The position numbers and the translations under genes are program-made. A stretch of 64,000 bases of DNA, taken from NCBI GenBank assembly GCA_018825365.1, contig JAHJEV010000003.1, forward strand, positions 2,284 through 66,283, written 5' to 3'. Within the stretch, counting starts at the first letter, position 1; the number at the start of each line of letters is the position of its first letter. The DNA comes from Patescibacteria group bacterium (GTDB lineage: Bacteria; Patescibacteriota; WWE3; UBA101185; UBA10185). Positions 38,932 through 49,113 of the stretch are shown here, one piece after another. The notes below the pieces were generated by a model. That model was not told the DNA's origin, made no database searches, and saw only the letters and a program-made list of their open reading frames with translations.

Positions 38932-39162
38932 TCAGCCGCCTGGGTTAAAGGCAAGTTCGTAAATGTATTTCCCTCCTTCTTTTTTTATGAGTTTCTTTAC
39001 CTTGTAGGTAGTCGGAAACACAGTTTTGGAAACTTTCCAAGTTAACTTCTGACCTACTTTAAGTTCCACCGAGGTAGAAATAATCAAACCTTCAATTTCC
39101 ACCTCAATGACTTGTTCCGACCCATCCACATTTAGTAGGGCTTTCTTTTTATTTCCTAACAT
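38932..39162 (-). CDS. Small hypothetical protein (76 aa)
   Basis: Internal ATG with a strong SD (AGAAGGAGAGAAAAAT-ATG). The longer track ORF would overlap rsmD. Confidence 0.4.
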   Translation of the reverse strand: MLGNKKKALLNVDGSEQVIEVEIEGLIISTSVELKVGQKLTWKVSKTVFPTTYKVKKLIKKEGGKYIYELAFNPGG

Positions 39163-39268
39163 ATTTTTCTCTCCTTCTATGGATTTGTATTGAACCGAAA
39201 TTATAGCATGAATAAAAAACAAACTCAAGAAACTATGGGACGAAATACGGGTTGGGGTTTTGTTGTTG

Positions 39269-39850
39269 CTAAGCTTTTTCCAGCAGTGTGATGGTACTCT
39301 TACCGAATTTTCGTTCATCCGCAATAACAAGTGGTGTTCCCTGTATTAAGGGTGCCATCCTAAGTTCATCTCCATGAAAAAGGGCAATAATACCGTTTTC
39401 TTTTAATATATTTCCAAGATTTGAAACCAAGTGTCTATGAGATGTGTCTTTGTACCATGGGTCTAATAAAATGACGTCGTAATTTCTATCTGTATTAACA
39501 ACATACTTTCCAGCGTCTTTTCTAATCACCGAACTCTTTTCCAAAAAACCACACATGACTATGTTCTCTTCAATAACCTTAATACTTTCAGGGCTTTCGT
39601 CCACAAAATCACACCACAAGGCCCCTCTGCTCAAAGCCTCCAGACCCAAATTTCCACTTCCTGCAAAAAGATCCAAACAAACCGCATCTGTAATTTTTTC
39701 TCCCAGCATTGAAAAAAGTGAGGCCTTCGTAATTTCCTGCACTGCCCTAAAACCTTCAATATCCGGAGCTTTCAGTTTCTTGTTTTTAGCTGATCCAGTT
39801 ATTATCCTAATTTCTTTTTGCTTTTCCTGATCAAAATTTTGATTTTTCAT
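39269..39850 (-). CDS. rsmD: 16S rRNA m2G966 methyltransferase RsmD-like
   Basis: LDLFAGSGNLGLEALSRGA and the DPWY (DPPY-type) motif. Confidence 0.75.
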   Translation of the reverse strand: MKNQNFDQEKQKEIRIITGSAKNKKLKAPDIEGFRAVQEITKASLFSMLGEKITDAVCLDLFAGSGNLGLEALSRGALWCDFVDESPESIKVIEENIVMCGFLEKSSVIRKDAGKYVVNTDRNYDVILLDPWYKDTSHRHLVSNLGNILKENGIIALFHGDELRMAPLIQGTPLVIADERKFGKSTITLLEKA

Positions 39851-39851
39851 A

Positions 39852-41882
39852 TCAATTTGTGGTTATATACCTGCCCTTTCTTTGTGTCAATTTTTCCGAA
39901 AGCCTTGGGTACCCGCTAAGTTTTGGGTAGTACCTCTGGGCGCAAATTTTGGCTTCTTCAAGCATTTTAAGGTTCCCTAAATCAGCAATTTTAAGTTTTT
40001 TGAACCCATGCTGTGTGATTCCGAAAATGTCTCCCTGCCCTCTTGTTTCCAAGTCTTTCTCGGCAAGCTTGATTCCATCTTTGCACTCCTCAAGGTATTT
40101 TAATCTTTTATAAGCATTTCTTGAGTTATTGCTCATAAATGTGAAACAGTAACCTTCTTTGTCTGATCTTCCCACCCTTCCTCTTAATTGGTGAAGGCTT
40201 GCAAGTCCGTATCTTTCTGCGCTTTCAATTACAATTACTGCCGCGTCCGGTACGTCTATCCCAACCTCAATAACTGGAGTTGAGACCAGGATTTTTATTT
40301 CTCCGTTTCTGAATTTTTTAACTACTTCCTCCTTTTCTTTTGGCCTCATCCTTCCATGTAGCAGTCCGGTTTTTATCCCTTTAAAAATTCCGTTGGTTAA
40401 ATTCTCAAACTCGACCGTTGCTGCCTTAACTTCTTCCAAAGTTTCACTTTCCGACTCGCTTATTAAGGGACAAACTATAAATGTAGGTTCGTTTTTTTCT
40501 TTTATCCATCGGTACACTTGCTCCCTCATTTTTTTCGGAACTACTTTTGTGATTATCCTTCTTTGTTCAAATGGAAAGTCTTTTAAGACGGAGATACTTA
40601 GATCGCCATATAAAGTAAGAGCCAGTGTACGGGGAATTGGAGTTGCAGTCATTGTTAAAAGGTGGGGCTTTAAGTTTCCTTCTGTAAGACCCATTATTTT
40701 TCCTCTTTGCTCTACTCCAAACCTGTGCTGTTCATCAATAACTACAAGTCCGATATCTTTGTATTTATCTTTTGCAAATAGTAAAGCATGGGTTCCGACC
40801 AAAACATCCCAGTTGTTAGACTTTTTCTTCTTGCTTCCGGTTTCCAACTCGACTTTCATGTTGGTTTTTTTAAGAATTTTGTTAAATGTTTCAAAATGCT
40901 GGTTTGCCAGAATTTCGGTTGGTGCCATATACAAAGTTTTCAGGTTATTAATATGTGCAAGATACGAGGCAACTATCGCAAGAATAGTTTTTCCCGTTCC
41001 AACGTCTCCTTCCAAAAGTCTATTCATGGGAATTGATTTTTGAAGATCTCCAAGTATCTCTGAGAGAGCCGTTTTTTGCGAATTAGTAAGTTTAAAGGGT
41101 AATCCGTCTACTAATTTTGTGGTCTCTTTTTCAAAAGCTTTAAATTTATTCCCTTTAAGTTTTTTTGACCATTCATGTTTCTTTTTCTCAACGTTTAGAA
41201 GTTCGATAAAAAGCTCTTCAAATGCAAACCTTTCTAAATTTTCTTTAGCCTCTATTTCAGATTTTGGAAAATGAATGCTTTCTATTCCCTTTTTTACGTC
41301 TTTAAACTTCTTATCTTTTAAAACTTCCTCCGGGAGAAATTCTTCAAGATTATTTTGTGAATTTAAAATTAATTTTACTTTTCCTCTGATCCATTTTGAT
41401 GTAATCCCGTAGGTTGTCGGATATATGGGTACAAGCCTTCCGGTGTGAACGTTTTCCAATATTTGATTTTCTCCTTCGTTTGTTTGTTCAAGCTCGGGAG
41501 ATATAAAACAAAGCTTGTTGTTAAATGTTCCGACTTTCCCGCTAAGAGAATAGTTTTTTCCCGTGTTTAAAGATTTTTTTAGGTAAGTTTGGTTAAACCA
41601 AATAAGTTCTATCTCTCCGGTGTGGTCTAAAAACTTTGCCCTTGTTAAACCCTTACCGTATTTTGTGAATATATTTTCCACCGGTCCTAGTATTCCCCTC
41701 ACGGTAACTATGTCTCCTAGCTTTAACTGACCTACCGTTTTTACTATTGAAAAATCGTCGTATCTAAATGGAAAGTAGTACAAAAGATCTTCAACAGTGA
41801 AAATTTCAAGTTTTTCAAGCATCTCTTTGTACCTCGGTCCTATTTTTGGGATTTCCGAAACTGGAGATTCTACTTTAATCAT
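39852..41882 (-). CDS. recG: ATP-dependent DNA helicase RecG
   Basis: N-terminal wedge/OB domain and helicase motifs (GDVGTGKT, DEQHRFG, the SAT-like TATPIPRT, LHQLRGRVGR). Confidence 0.9.
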   Translation of the reverse strand: MIKVESPVSEIPKIGPRYKEMLEKLEIFTVEDLLYYFPFRYDDFSIVKTVGQLKLGDIVTVRGILGPVENIFTKYGKGLTRAKFLDHTGEIELIWFNQTYLKKSLNTGKNYSLSGKVGTFNNKLCFISPELEQTNEGENQILENVHTGRLVPIYPTTYGITSKWIRGKVKLILNSQNNLEEFLPEEVLKDKKFKDVKKGIESIHFPKSEIEAKENLERFAFEELFIELLNVEKKKHEWSKKLKGNKFKAFEKETTKLVDGLPFKLTNSQKTALSEILGDLQKSIPMNRLLEGDVGTGKTILAIVASYLAHINNLKTLYMAPTEILANQHFETFNKILKKTNMKVELETGSKKKKSNNWDVLVGTHALLFAKDKYKDIGLVVIDEQHRFGVEQRGKIMGLTEGNLKPHLLTMTATPIPRTLALTLYGDLSISVLKDFPFEQRRIITKVVPKKMREQVYRWIKEKNEPTFIVCPLISESESETLEEVKAATVEFENLTNGIFKGIKTGLLHGRMRPKEKEEVVKKFRNGEIKILVSTPVIEVGIDVPDAAVIVIESAERYGLASLHQLRGRVGRSDKEGYCFTFMSNNSRNAYKRLKYLEECKDGIKLAEKDLETRGQGDIFGITQHGFKKLKIADLGNLKMLEEAKICAQRYYPKLSGYPRLSEKLTQRKGRYITTN

Positions 41883-41951
41883 GATAATATTCTACCAATT
41901 TTCGGATAACGTTCGTATATTGATGTTAGAAACATCAAAAAGGAGAGAAAA

Positions 41952-42221
41952 ATGTTGTGGTTTAGAAGTGAGTCGGAGTTGTTCAAATGCGTTAACGAAT
42001 TTAACGCAGGGTGCGGGAAACCTGAGAATAAGATTAGGGTTCGGTATGGTGCCAACTTTTTCAAATTCAGGAAACGGAAAGTTGGAAAAGAGATCATACT
42101 TGCATGTGTCGGGTTTAACGAAGTTAATGTCGAGCAAAACCGAAATTTTGTGATGTTTATGAACTGTCTAGAAAATCGGGATTATCTTGACACCAACACA
42201 CCGCATCCTCTTGTAATGTAA
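41952..42221 (+). CDS. Hypothetical small protein
   Basis: 89-aa ORF with an SD (AAAAGGAGAGAAAA-ATG), followed by hairpin AGGTCA...TGACCT and a T-run at about 42244..42285. Confidence 0.35.
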   Translation: MLWFRSESELFKCVNEFNAGCGKPENKIRVRYGANFFKFRKRKVGKEIILACVGFNEVNVEQNRNFVMFMNCLENRDYLDTNTPHPLVM

Positions 42222-42276
42222 GAAAAGTTAAAGAGTAATATAAAGGTCATTTCATAAGCTGAGGTGACCTTCTTTT

Positions 42277-42411
42277 TTACAGAATGTAAGGTAGAATCGA
42301 AGCCAGAATAAGTGCGAGAGTTGCGAATACAACAACAGACTTCAGAAGGTTTTCTTTTCTAAATATTCTTTTTATCGATCTTTTTATGTCTCGTTTTTTC
42401 TCTTTCTCCAT
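42277..42411 (-). CDS. Possible small membrane peptide (44 aa)
   Basis: MEKEKKRDIKRSIKRIFRKENLLKSVVVFATLALILASILPYIL, with a basic N-terminus and a single transmembrane segment, directly downstream of tyrS. Confidence 0.25.
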   Translation of the reverse strand: MEKEKKRDIKRSIKRIFRKENLLKSVVVFATLALILASILPYIL

Positions 42412-42422
42412 TTTAAAGATCA

Positions 42423-43628
42423 TTACGCCACCTCAAAAAATTTTCTCTTACCAAATTTTATAATGGTTCCTTTTTTAAATTCTATAAGAAGATACGGATC
42501 TGTGATTTTGTTTTCATCCACCTCTACCCCTCCCTGTTCTACAAGTCTTTTTATTTCACTTACCGACATTTCATCATTTACGTTTTTTAGAAACTCTATT
42601 AACTGCAATGTACCGCTGACCCTAGTTTTAACGACTGACTCAGCTGTTATTTCCTTGTTTTGTACAGTCTTTTCGAAGTGCTCCTGAGCTCTTTTAGCTT
42701 CTTTTTCTCCTCTTATCATTTTTGTTATCTCGTAAGCCATTAGCTTTTTGAATTTCATTGGATTTTCTCCCTGCTTCATTTCTTGTTCCATATTCCAGAT
42801 TTCTTCTAAAGGTACATCCGTCATTACCCTTAATCCTTTCAGGACAAGTTCGTCCGGATAGGACATACCCTTTCCGTAAATATCTTGCGCACTATCATCA
42901 AGATTTATTCCGTTTCCACTGGTTTTTGACATGGTCATCGCATTGGGAGCCTCCATAAGCTCATGGGCTCTGACAAACTTTTCTTTGTTGTTATATATTT
43001 TTGAAAGTTGTCTTCCCACTATCATGTTGAAAAGCTGATCGTTTCCACCGATTTCAAGATCAACATTCATAGCTACAGAATCGTAACCTTGCATTAGTGG
43101 ATAAATAAACTCCTGAAGACCAATCGGGATTCTTTCTTTTAGTTTTTTTTGAAATAGTTCCCTTTCAATCATCTGCTGAACGGTTGTTTTGGACATAAGT
43201 TCAATAAGATCTTTTAGTTTGAGTTTTGAGAGCCACTCCGAATTTCTTATAAATTTAGCTGGGTTTTTACCTCTAAAGTCTATTAAACTCCCCGCCTGCT
43301 TTTTCCAGCCACGCATGTTTTCCTGAATTTCTTCCTCAGTCATTATTTTTCTGTATTTTCCATCACTTGGATCCCCGCATATGGCGGTAAAGTCCCCTAC
43401 CAAAAATATGACCTCATGTCCCAGCTGCTGAAGCATTCTCAAAGCTCTAATTCCCATGGCGTGGCCGACATGAAGGTGCGGCCCCGAAGGATCAAATCCG
43501 CAATAGGCTTTTATTCTCTCACCCGACATCAGTTTTTCGCGTAAAGCATCAGCCGATGGAACCACAATTTCAACACCTCTGGTAAGGAATTTTTCTATTA
43601 GTTTTTCGTCTTTCAGAACTTTTGCCAT
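42423..43628 (-). CDS. tyrS: Tyrosyl-tRNA synthetase
   Basis: The HIGH motif (PHLHVGHAM), KMSKTSG and a C-terminal S4-like domain. Confidence 0.9.
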   Translation of the reverse strand: MAKVLKDEKLIEKFLTRGVEIVVPSADALREKLMSGERIKAYCGFDPSGPHLHVGHAMGIRALRMLQQLGHEVIFLVGDFTAICGDPSDGKYRKIMTEEEIQENMRGWKKQAGSLIDFRGKNPAKFIRNSEWLSKLKLKDLIELMSKTTVQQMIERELFQKKLKERIPIGLQEFIYPLMQGYDSVAMNVDLEIGGNDQLFNMIVGRQLSKIYNNKEKFVRAHELMEAPNAMTMSKTSGNGINLDDSAQDIYGKGMSYPDELVLKGLRVMTDVPLEEIWNMEQEMKQGENPMKFKKLMAYEITKMIRGEKEAKRAQEHFEKTVQNKEITAESVVKTRVSGTLQLIEFLKNVNDEMSVSEIKRLVEQGGVEVDENKITDPYLLIEFKKGTIIKFGKRKFFEVA

Positions 43629-43677
43629 GGTAAAAGTATATCAAAGTTGGGGAAAAAGAGTTATAGAAAAAGAATAA

Positions 43678-43701
43678 CCTCTGTAAATTGTTCTACAGAG
43701 G
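43678..43701 (-). terminator. Rho-independent terminator between the 109-aa gene and tyrS
   Basis: Perfect 8-bp stem CCTCTGTA/TACAGAGG with an 8-nt loop, followed by a T-rich tract on the minus strand. Confidence 0.55.
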
Positions 43702-43715
43702 TTTTCAGTAATTTA

Positions 43716-44045
43716 TTAGAAACTAAATTTGTGTGTCTTGATGATTTCAACTTTGTATTTACCGATATGGTTGAGTTTCAACGCTTCTCGAACAACTACG
43801 TCCCAGTCCCTTTGAGATTTTTTCGTTCTGTAAACCAGCGTGTATTCTTTGCCTATGGTGAGGTGTTTTTGGGATGATAGAACACCCTGTACTGCATTAC
43901 CAGTATCACTCATGGAACATTCAATAGTTCCTGAGGATACTTCCCAGCATCCTAACCAGATTTTCACGGAAAATGCTACAGTGCTCTTCCGCCCCGCATT
44001 TTTCTTTTTTGAACTTCCCGTTTTTCTGAAATCATGCAATTCCAT
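43716..44045 (-). CDS. Hypothetical protein
   Basis: 109-aa ORF with no motif recognised. Confidence 0.35.
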   Translation of the reverse strand: MELHDFRKTGSSKKKNAGRKSTVAFSVKIWLGCWEVSSGTIECSMSDTGNAVQGVLSSQKHLTIGKEYTLVYRTKKSQRDWDVVVREALKLNHIGKYKVEIIKTHKFSF

Positions 44046-44135
44046 TTTTCTCTCCTGTTCGAATGATTTTGCGAATGTTACGACATTATACTATTAGGCT
44101 AGGAGATAAATCAAATCTTATTTTGATATAATAAA

Positions 44136-46895
44136 TTGATGCAAGACAGGGCCTCATTACAAGATAATCCATGGGGGAATTACCGCAAATCATCCTTTTC
44201 TAGAGGAAGATCCCCATTTTTAAAGATAAAGAGTAAAATTAGAAATATAGTTTTTTGGGTTAGAAAGAAATTACATATAATTTTGGGGAAACCTCACTTG
44301 AGTTCAAAAGACAAATACTTATCTGCTTCACAAAGAAGGAAAAGACTTTATCTTAGAACTTATCTTGCATCCATAGCCTTAGTTTTAGTCGCCGGAGGCT
44401 TCTTTTTAGTAATCATTGTGTTTGCAGTTTTCTCGCGTGATCTTCCAAACCCAAATCAACTTTTGGAAAGAACTTACGAACTTTCAACGAGATTTTATGA
44501 CAAAAACGGCGAGCTTTTATATGAGGTTTATGGTGATAAGAATAGAACTCTTGTAAAACTTGAAGACGTGTCTCCCGATGTTGCACACGCAACTCTATCG
44601 GCGGAAGATTCAGAGTTTTATCTTCATAAGGGCTACTCTCTAAGGGGAATTTTTAGGGCCCTTAAAAACATAGTTACAGGTGGGGGTTTGCAGGGAGGTT
44701 CCACTTTAACTCAACAGGCAATTAAAAACTCACTTCTTACTCAAGACAGAACAATTACGAGAAAAATAAAGGAATTAATACTTTCTTTGCAGCTTGAAAA
44801 TAGATACACAAAAGACGAAATAATGCAGATGTATCTTAATGAAAGCCCCTATGGGGGTTTAAACTATGGCATATATAGCGCGGCAAAAGCTTACTTTAAT
44901 AAAACTCCTAAGGACCTTACTCTTTCCGAGTCCGCATATCTTGCGGGTCTTACACAAAGTCCCACATATTACTCTCAGTTTGGTTCCAATCCCGAGGCCG
45001 GTATTGAACGAAGAAATTATGTTTTATATCTAATGAAGGAAAGAGGTTGGGTGGCCGCCGATGGGAAGAGGTATTACATCAGTCAGGAAGAGCATGACAG
45101 GGCAAGAGAGGAAGTTTTGAAGTTTGATATGGAAAAGGTTCCTGTTGAGGCTCCCCATTTTGTTTACTACGTCAAACAATTTTTGGTTGATATTTTGGGG
45201 ACCGAGGCTGTTGAGACTGGAGGTTTAAGAGTTACTACCACCCTTGATTTAAAAGCACAAAGACTTGCTCAAGATATAGTTACAAAGGAAATAGAAACGA
45301 ACAAAAAAAGTCTAAATATGTACAACGGAGTGATGGTTGTTTTAGATCCAAAAACCGGGGGGATTTTAGCGATGGTGGGTTCCAGGGGTTACAATCTGGA
45401 CCCGGAGCCTTTAAACTGTGTTTCAGGCGGGACCGGTGAGAATAGCTGTAAGTTTGACCCCTATGTTAATGTCACTATGTCTAAAAGACAGCCCGGATCC
45501 GCGATAAAGCCGATTACTTATGCCACTTTATTATCCCAGGGCTACACCGCAGCCTATCCCCTGCTTGACGTTCCGACAAAATTTGAGGGTGCTGCTCCCG
45601 ATCAGCCGTATGTTCCAGTAAATTACGATGGGAAGTTTAGAGGGCCGATGTCAATGAGAAAAGCTCTTGGAAACTCCATAAATGTTGCAGCCGTCAAGGC
45701 TTTGAAAATTGCAGGGATCGGAAACATGATCGATCAGGCTGAAAAAATGGGAATCACAACCTTTAAAGACCGAACAAGGTATGGTTTAGCACTAACTCTT
45801 GGCGGCGGGGAAACGAAACTGTTGGAACTTACTGGCGCCTTTGCAGTTTTTGCTGACAAGGGAATCTATAAACAACCTATCCCAATAATTGAAGTTACTG
45901 ATTCTAAAGGAAATGTGATTTATAGACCTTCAGATACTAATAAAAGAGTACTTAGCGAAGAAAATGCCTTCATTATCTCAGATATTTTGTCTGATGACGG
46001 GGCAAGATCCGAAGTTTTTGGTGCCGGAAGCCTTCTTAACATTTACGGGAGACAAGTGGCCGTTAAAACGGGAACCACAGATGATAAAAGGGATAACTAT
46101 GCAATTGGTTATACCCCATCGGTCGTAGCAGGAGTTTGGGTCGGGAACAATAACAACGAAAAGATGAACCCCTATGTTGCGTCCGGTATATCAGGCGCTA
46201 CTCCTATTTGGAATAAATTTATGACCGCTTATTTAAAGGATAACCCAGTTGAAAAATTTGAGGCTCCAAAGACCGTTAAAAAGATGGAGGTTGATAAACT
46301 AACCGGGGGCCTTCCTTACAAAGATTATGATAAGAGAAATGAATGGTTTGCCCAAAACACCGAACCTACTGCTGTTAGTGATTGGTATCAGAGAATTACA
46401 ATATGCGAAGTTGATGGAAGAATAGCAAATTCTGGGTGTATTGATGCAGATAAAGATAAAACGGTGGATTTTATAAAAGTCAAAGCGGAGCTTCCTATTT
46501 GGCAAAGTGATGTGGATGCTTGGATTAAGGAAAACTACAACAATGATAAAAAATACTTCCCACCTCTCATGACTTCAAAGCTTGAGTTTGATGGAGATAG
46601 TGTTTCAAATAAAGATGAGGTTTTTACTCAAATTGTTGGGATAAAAAGTGGAGATTTGGTTCCACTTACATTTAGGCTTACGGCTGAAGTTTCGTGTGCA
46701 AATGATGTGGATAAAGTCACTTTTTATATGGATGATGAAAACAAAGGTGAGGATAGTAAAGCCCCATATGCCAAGACGTTTGAACTTAAAGCTTCTGATA
46801 TTGGAATACATAAGTTTAGGGTTGTTGCGAAAGATGATAAGGGAAACAAGGGAGAACACGAGATTTCTTTGAATGTTATTGGTTATACCAATTAG
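44136..46895 (+). CDS. Class A penicillin-binding protein (glycosyltransferase + transpeptidase), with C-terminal extension
   Basis: GT51 motifs (EDSEFYLHKGYS, GGSTLTQQ), the transpeptidase SxxK (SAIKP), SxN (SIN) and KTGT. Carries a signal-anchor. Confidence 0.9.
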   Translation: MMQDRASLQDNPWGNYRKSSFSRGRSPFLKIKSKIRNIVFWVRKKLHIILGKPHLSSKDKYLSASQRRKRLYLRTYLASIALVLVAGGFFLVIIVFAVFSRDLPNPNQLLERTYELSTRFYDKNGELLYEVYGDKNRTLVKLEDVSPDVAHATLSAEDSEFYLHKGYSLRGIFRALKNIVTGGGLQGGSTLTQQAIKNSLLTQDRTITRKIKELILSLQLENRYTKDEIMQMYLNESPYGGLNYGIYSAAKAYFNKTPKDLTLSESAYLAGLTQSPTYYSQFGSNPEAGIERRNYVLYLMKERGWVAADGKRYYISQEEHDRAREEVLKFDMEKVPVEAPHFVYYVKQFLVDILGTEAVETGGLRVTTTLDLKAQRLAQDIVTKEIETNKKSLNMYNGVMVVLDPKTGGILAMVGSRGYNLDPEPLNCVSGGTGENSCKFDPYVNVTMSKRQPGSAIKPITYATLLSQGYTAAYPLLDVPTKFEGAAPDQPYVPVNYDGKFRGPMSMRKALGNSINVAAVKALKIAGIGNMIDQAEKMGITTFKDRTRYGLALTLGGGETKLLELTGAFAVFADKGIYKQPIPIIEVTDSKGNVIYRPSDTNKRVLSEENAFIISDILSDDGARSEVFGAGSLLNIYGRQVAVKTGTTDDKRDNYAIGYTPSVVAGVWVGNNNNEKMNPYVASGISGATPIWNKFMTAYLKDNPVEKFEAPKTVKKMEVDKLTGGLPYKDYDKRNEWFAQNTEPTAVSDWYQRITICEVDGRIANSGCIDADKDKTVDFIKVKAELPIWQSDVDAWIKENYNNDKKYFPPLMTSKLEFDGDSVSNKDEVFTQIVGIKSGDLVPLTFRLTAEVSCANDVDKVTFYMDDENKGEDSKAPYAKTFELKASDIGIHKFRVVAKDDKGNKGEHEISLNVIGYTN

Positions 46896-47097
46896 ATGTA
46901 GAGTTTCTGATGTATAACATCCATGTTTCCTTCTTCTACAGTATGGAAATACACAACTTCTCTGTAGTAGACAGTAGTCGAAGAACAATCTTATCTACTT
47001 ATTGGTCTTCTCATTTATGCAGTGGGGTGGCCATCTTGAGCGGAACGCTAAGGCGTTAGAAGCATGTTAAACCTCACACTATCCGCAACAATTACGC

Positions 47098-47126
47098 TTG
47101 ACAAATTGTTGAACCTATAGTACACT
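47098..47126 (+). promoter_or_regulatory. Candidate sigma70-type promoter for the lipoprotein gene
   Basis: TTGACA, a 17-nt spacer, then TACACT, about 70 bp upstream of the ATG. An SD (AAGGAG) precedes the start. Confidence 0.35.
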
Positions 47127-47195
47127 GACACCATAGTAATCAATAAGACGCTCAAAATTAAGCGTCCCTATCATATCCCAAATAAGGAGATTACG

Positions 47196-47876
47196 ATGAA
47201 AAGGATTATTGTCACGCTCGCGTTTTTTGTTCTGTCTTTGGCATTGGTCGCTTGCGGTGCCAAGGCTCAGGATGCTTCAATCATGCCTACACCAACGCCA
47301 GCCCCATTTGAGGGAAAAGTAACACTGGTCTATCAGTACGAAACTTTGCCGAAATGGGTTGAAATGGAGAACCTCCCACTTACTGAGGATGTTCCCATCT
47401 CATTCAATAACGACGAAGGTTGGTCTGAAGTGGAAATCTCTATGATTCCCTATGAAGGTGTGGAGCTATTCTCTCTTGAAGCCAACTCTCCGGATTATTA
47501 TCATAAAAAGGAGATAATCGGTGGTTGTCATTGGGTATGGTACGGCCGAGAGAGCGACGATGATACCCTTTACAATGAGTGGTGGCACCCGTGGGCGGAC
47601 GCCAATTATAACCAGTGTACTTCTCTGGAAAAAGGAGCGTCCTTGGCCGATATTGTGGTCTCAATGGCATATTGTAGGCCCTTTGAAAATGGTACTCTGT
47701 GTACTAAGCAAGGACTTACGGTGCTAATTGAATCCGACAGCATTTCATTCACTGCTGAAGGAACATTTCTACCACAGTATAGGGAATGGGTTGAGCAGGT
47801 TGTAAAGTACTTTGGGGGTTATCCCGAATTACCCGAAGTTCTTCAACCGAACTACAACTACACTCTCTTCAAGTAA
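47196..47876 (+). CDS. Lipoprotein (hypothetical), GC-richer than its surroundings
   Basis: Signal peptide with a lipobox LVAC|G. Composition is noticeably more GC-rich than neighbouring genes. Confidence 0.6.
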   Translation: MKRIIVTLAFFVLSLALVACGAKAQDASIMPTPTPAPFEGKVTLVYQYETLPKWVEMENLPLTEDVPISFNNDEGWSEVEISMIPYEGVELFSLEANSPDYYHKKEIIGGCHWVWYGRESDDDTLYNEWWHPWADANYNQCTSLEKGASLADIVVSMAYCRPFENGTLCTKQGLTVLIESDSISFTAEGTFLPQYREWVEQVVKYFGGYPELPEVLQPNYNYTLFK

Positions 47877-47883
47877 CTATAGA

Positions 47884-47930
47884 CCCCACCTGGTTGGATT
47901 GTAAGTTTGACCAGGTGGGATTTTGTTTTC
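47884..47930 (+). terminator. Rho-independent terminator
   Basis: 10-bp stem CCCACCTGGT/ACCAGGTGGG followed by ATTTTGTTTTCT. Confidence 0.7.
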
Positions 47931-48074
47931 TATAAACTTTTTTCTCTGGTAAAATAAAGGTAACACTATGGAAGAAAGGTAAGAGAACTAGTCATACGTT
48001 TGGTGACCCCAGTTAACTTTTATATCTATATATCCTTGGCACTTTTTCCTATAACTGATATATTTGTTATATCC

Positions 48075-49112
48075 ATGGACATATCAGAAAACCACGAAAA
48101 TTTAAAACATGAATTAAAAGAAAAACTTAAATGTGTTTCCTCACGCCAGGATTTAGAAAAAATCAAGTTGGAATATATCGGAAAGAAAGGAATCTTAAAT
48201 CAACTATTCTCTAAAATGACCGACCTTGCCGCTAACGAGCGCAAAGATTTCGGGGCGAGACTTAATGTTTTGAAAAACGAAATAGAAACAATAATTAATG
48301 ATTTTTCCAATAACTTCTCCCAACCCAACACTTCCGAATATGACGAACTTTACAATTCCCTACCAGGGAAAAAGCCTGAAATTGGACACACGCATATAAT
48401 TACCCAAGCAATAAGAGAAATTGTTGATATCTTTAAACCCCTTGGATTTACACGTGTTAGGTATCCGGAAGTTGACTGGGAGTACTTCGCTTTTGAAGCT
48501 CTAAATATGCCTGAAGACCACCCCGCAAGAGATGATTGGGAAACATTTTTTGTGGACTTACCTTTCGATAAAAAAATGGGGAGGGTTGTTTTAACCCCTC
48601 ATACTTCAAACGGGCAAGTTAGAGAAATGCTAAAGGGAAAACTTCCAATCAGAATGCTTAATATTTCAAGATGCGGCAGGCGTCAGATTGATATAAGCCA
48701 CGGACCCACATTCTTTCAGTTTGAGGGACTGGTCGTTGATAAGAACATAAACACGACCCATTTAAAAGGTGTTTTGAATTACTTTGCCAAAAATTTCTTT
48801 GGTCCTGACAGAAAGATAAGACTTAGACCGTATGATTTCAGATTCACAGAACCCAGCTTTGAGGTTGATATTGACTGCGGCATGTGCCATGGAAAGGGAT
48901 GCAAACTTTGTAAAGGCGGATGGCACGAGCTTGGCGGTGCCGGGATGGTTCATCCTAACGTACTAAAAGCTGGAGGTATAGACCCGGAGAAATATTCAGG
49001 TTTTGCATTTGGCTGGGGAGTAGAGAGGACTTATATGATGAAATCAGGAACAAAAATTGACGATATTAGGCATATATTTGCAAATGATTTAAGGTTTTTG
49101 GAGCAATTTTAA
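48075..49112 (+). CDS. pheS: Phenylalanyl-tRNA synthetase alpha subunit
   Basis: Class II motifs (FRPSYFPFTEPS-like FRFTEPSFEVD, GWHELGGAGMVHPNVL, GFAFGWGVER). Start taken at the ATG at 48075. Confidence 0.9.
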   Translation: MDISENHENLKHELKEKLKCVSSRQDLEKIKLEYIGKKGILNQLFSKMTDLAANERKDFGARLNVLKNEIETIINDFSNNFSQPNTSEYDELYNSLPGKKPEIGHTHIITQAIREIVDIFKPLGFTRVRYPEVDWEYFAFEALNMPEDHPARDDWETFFVDLPFDKKMGRVVLTPHTSNGQVREMLKGKLPIRMLNISRCGRRQIDISHGPTFFQFEGLVVDKNINTTHLKGVLNYFAKNFFGPDRKIRLRPYDFRFTEPSFEVDIDCGMCHGKGCKLCKGGWHELGGAGMVHPNVLKAGGIDPEKYSGFAFGWGVERTYMMKSGTKIDDIRHIFANDLRFLEQF

Positions 49113-49113
49113 T

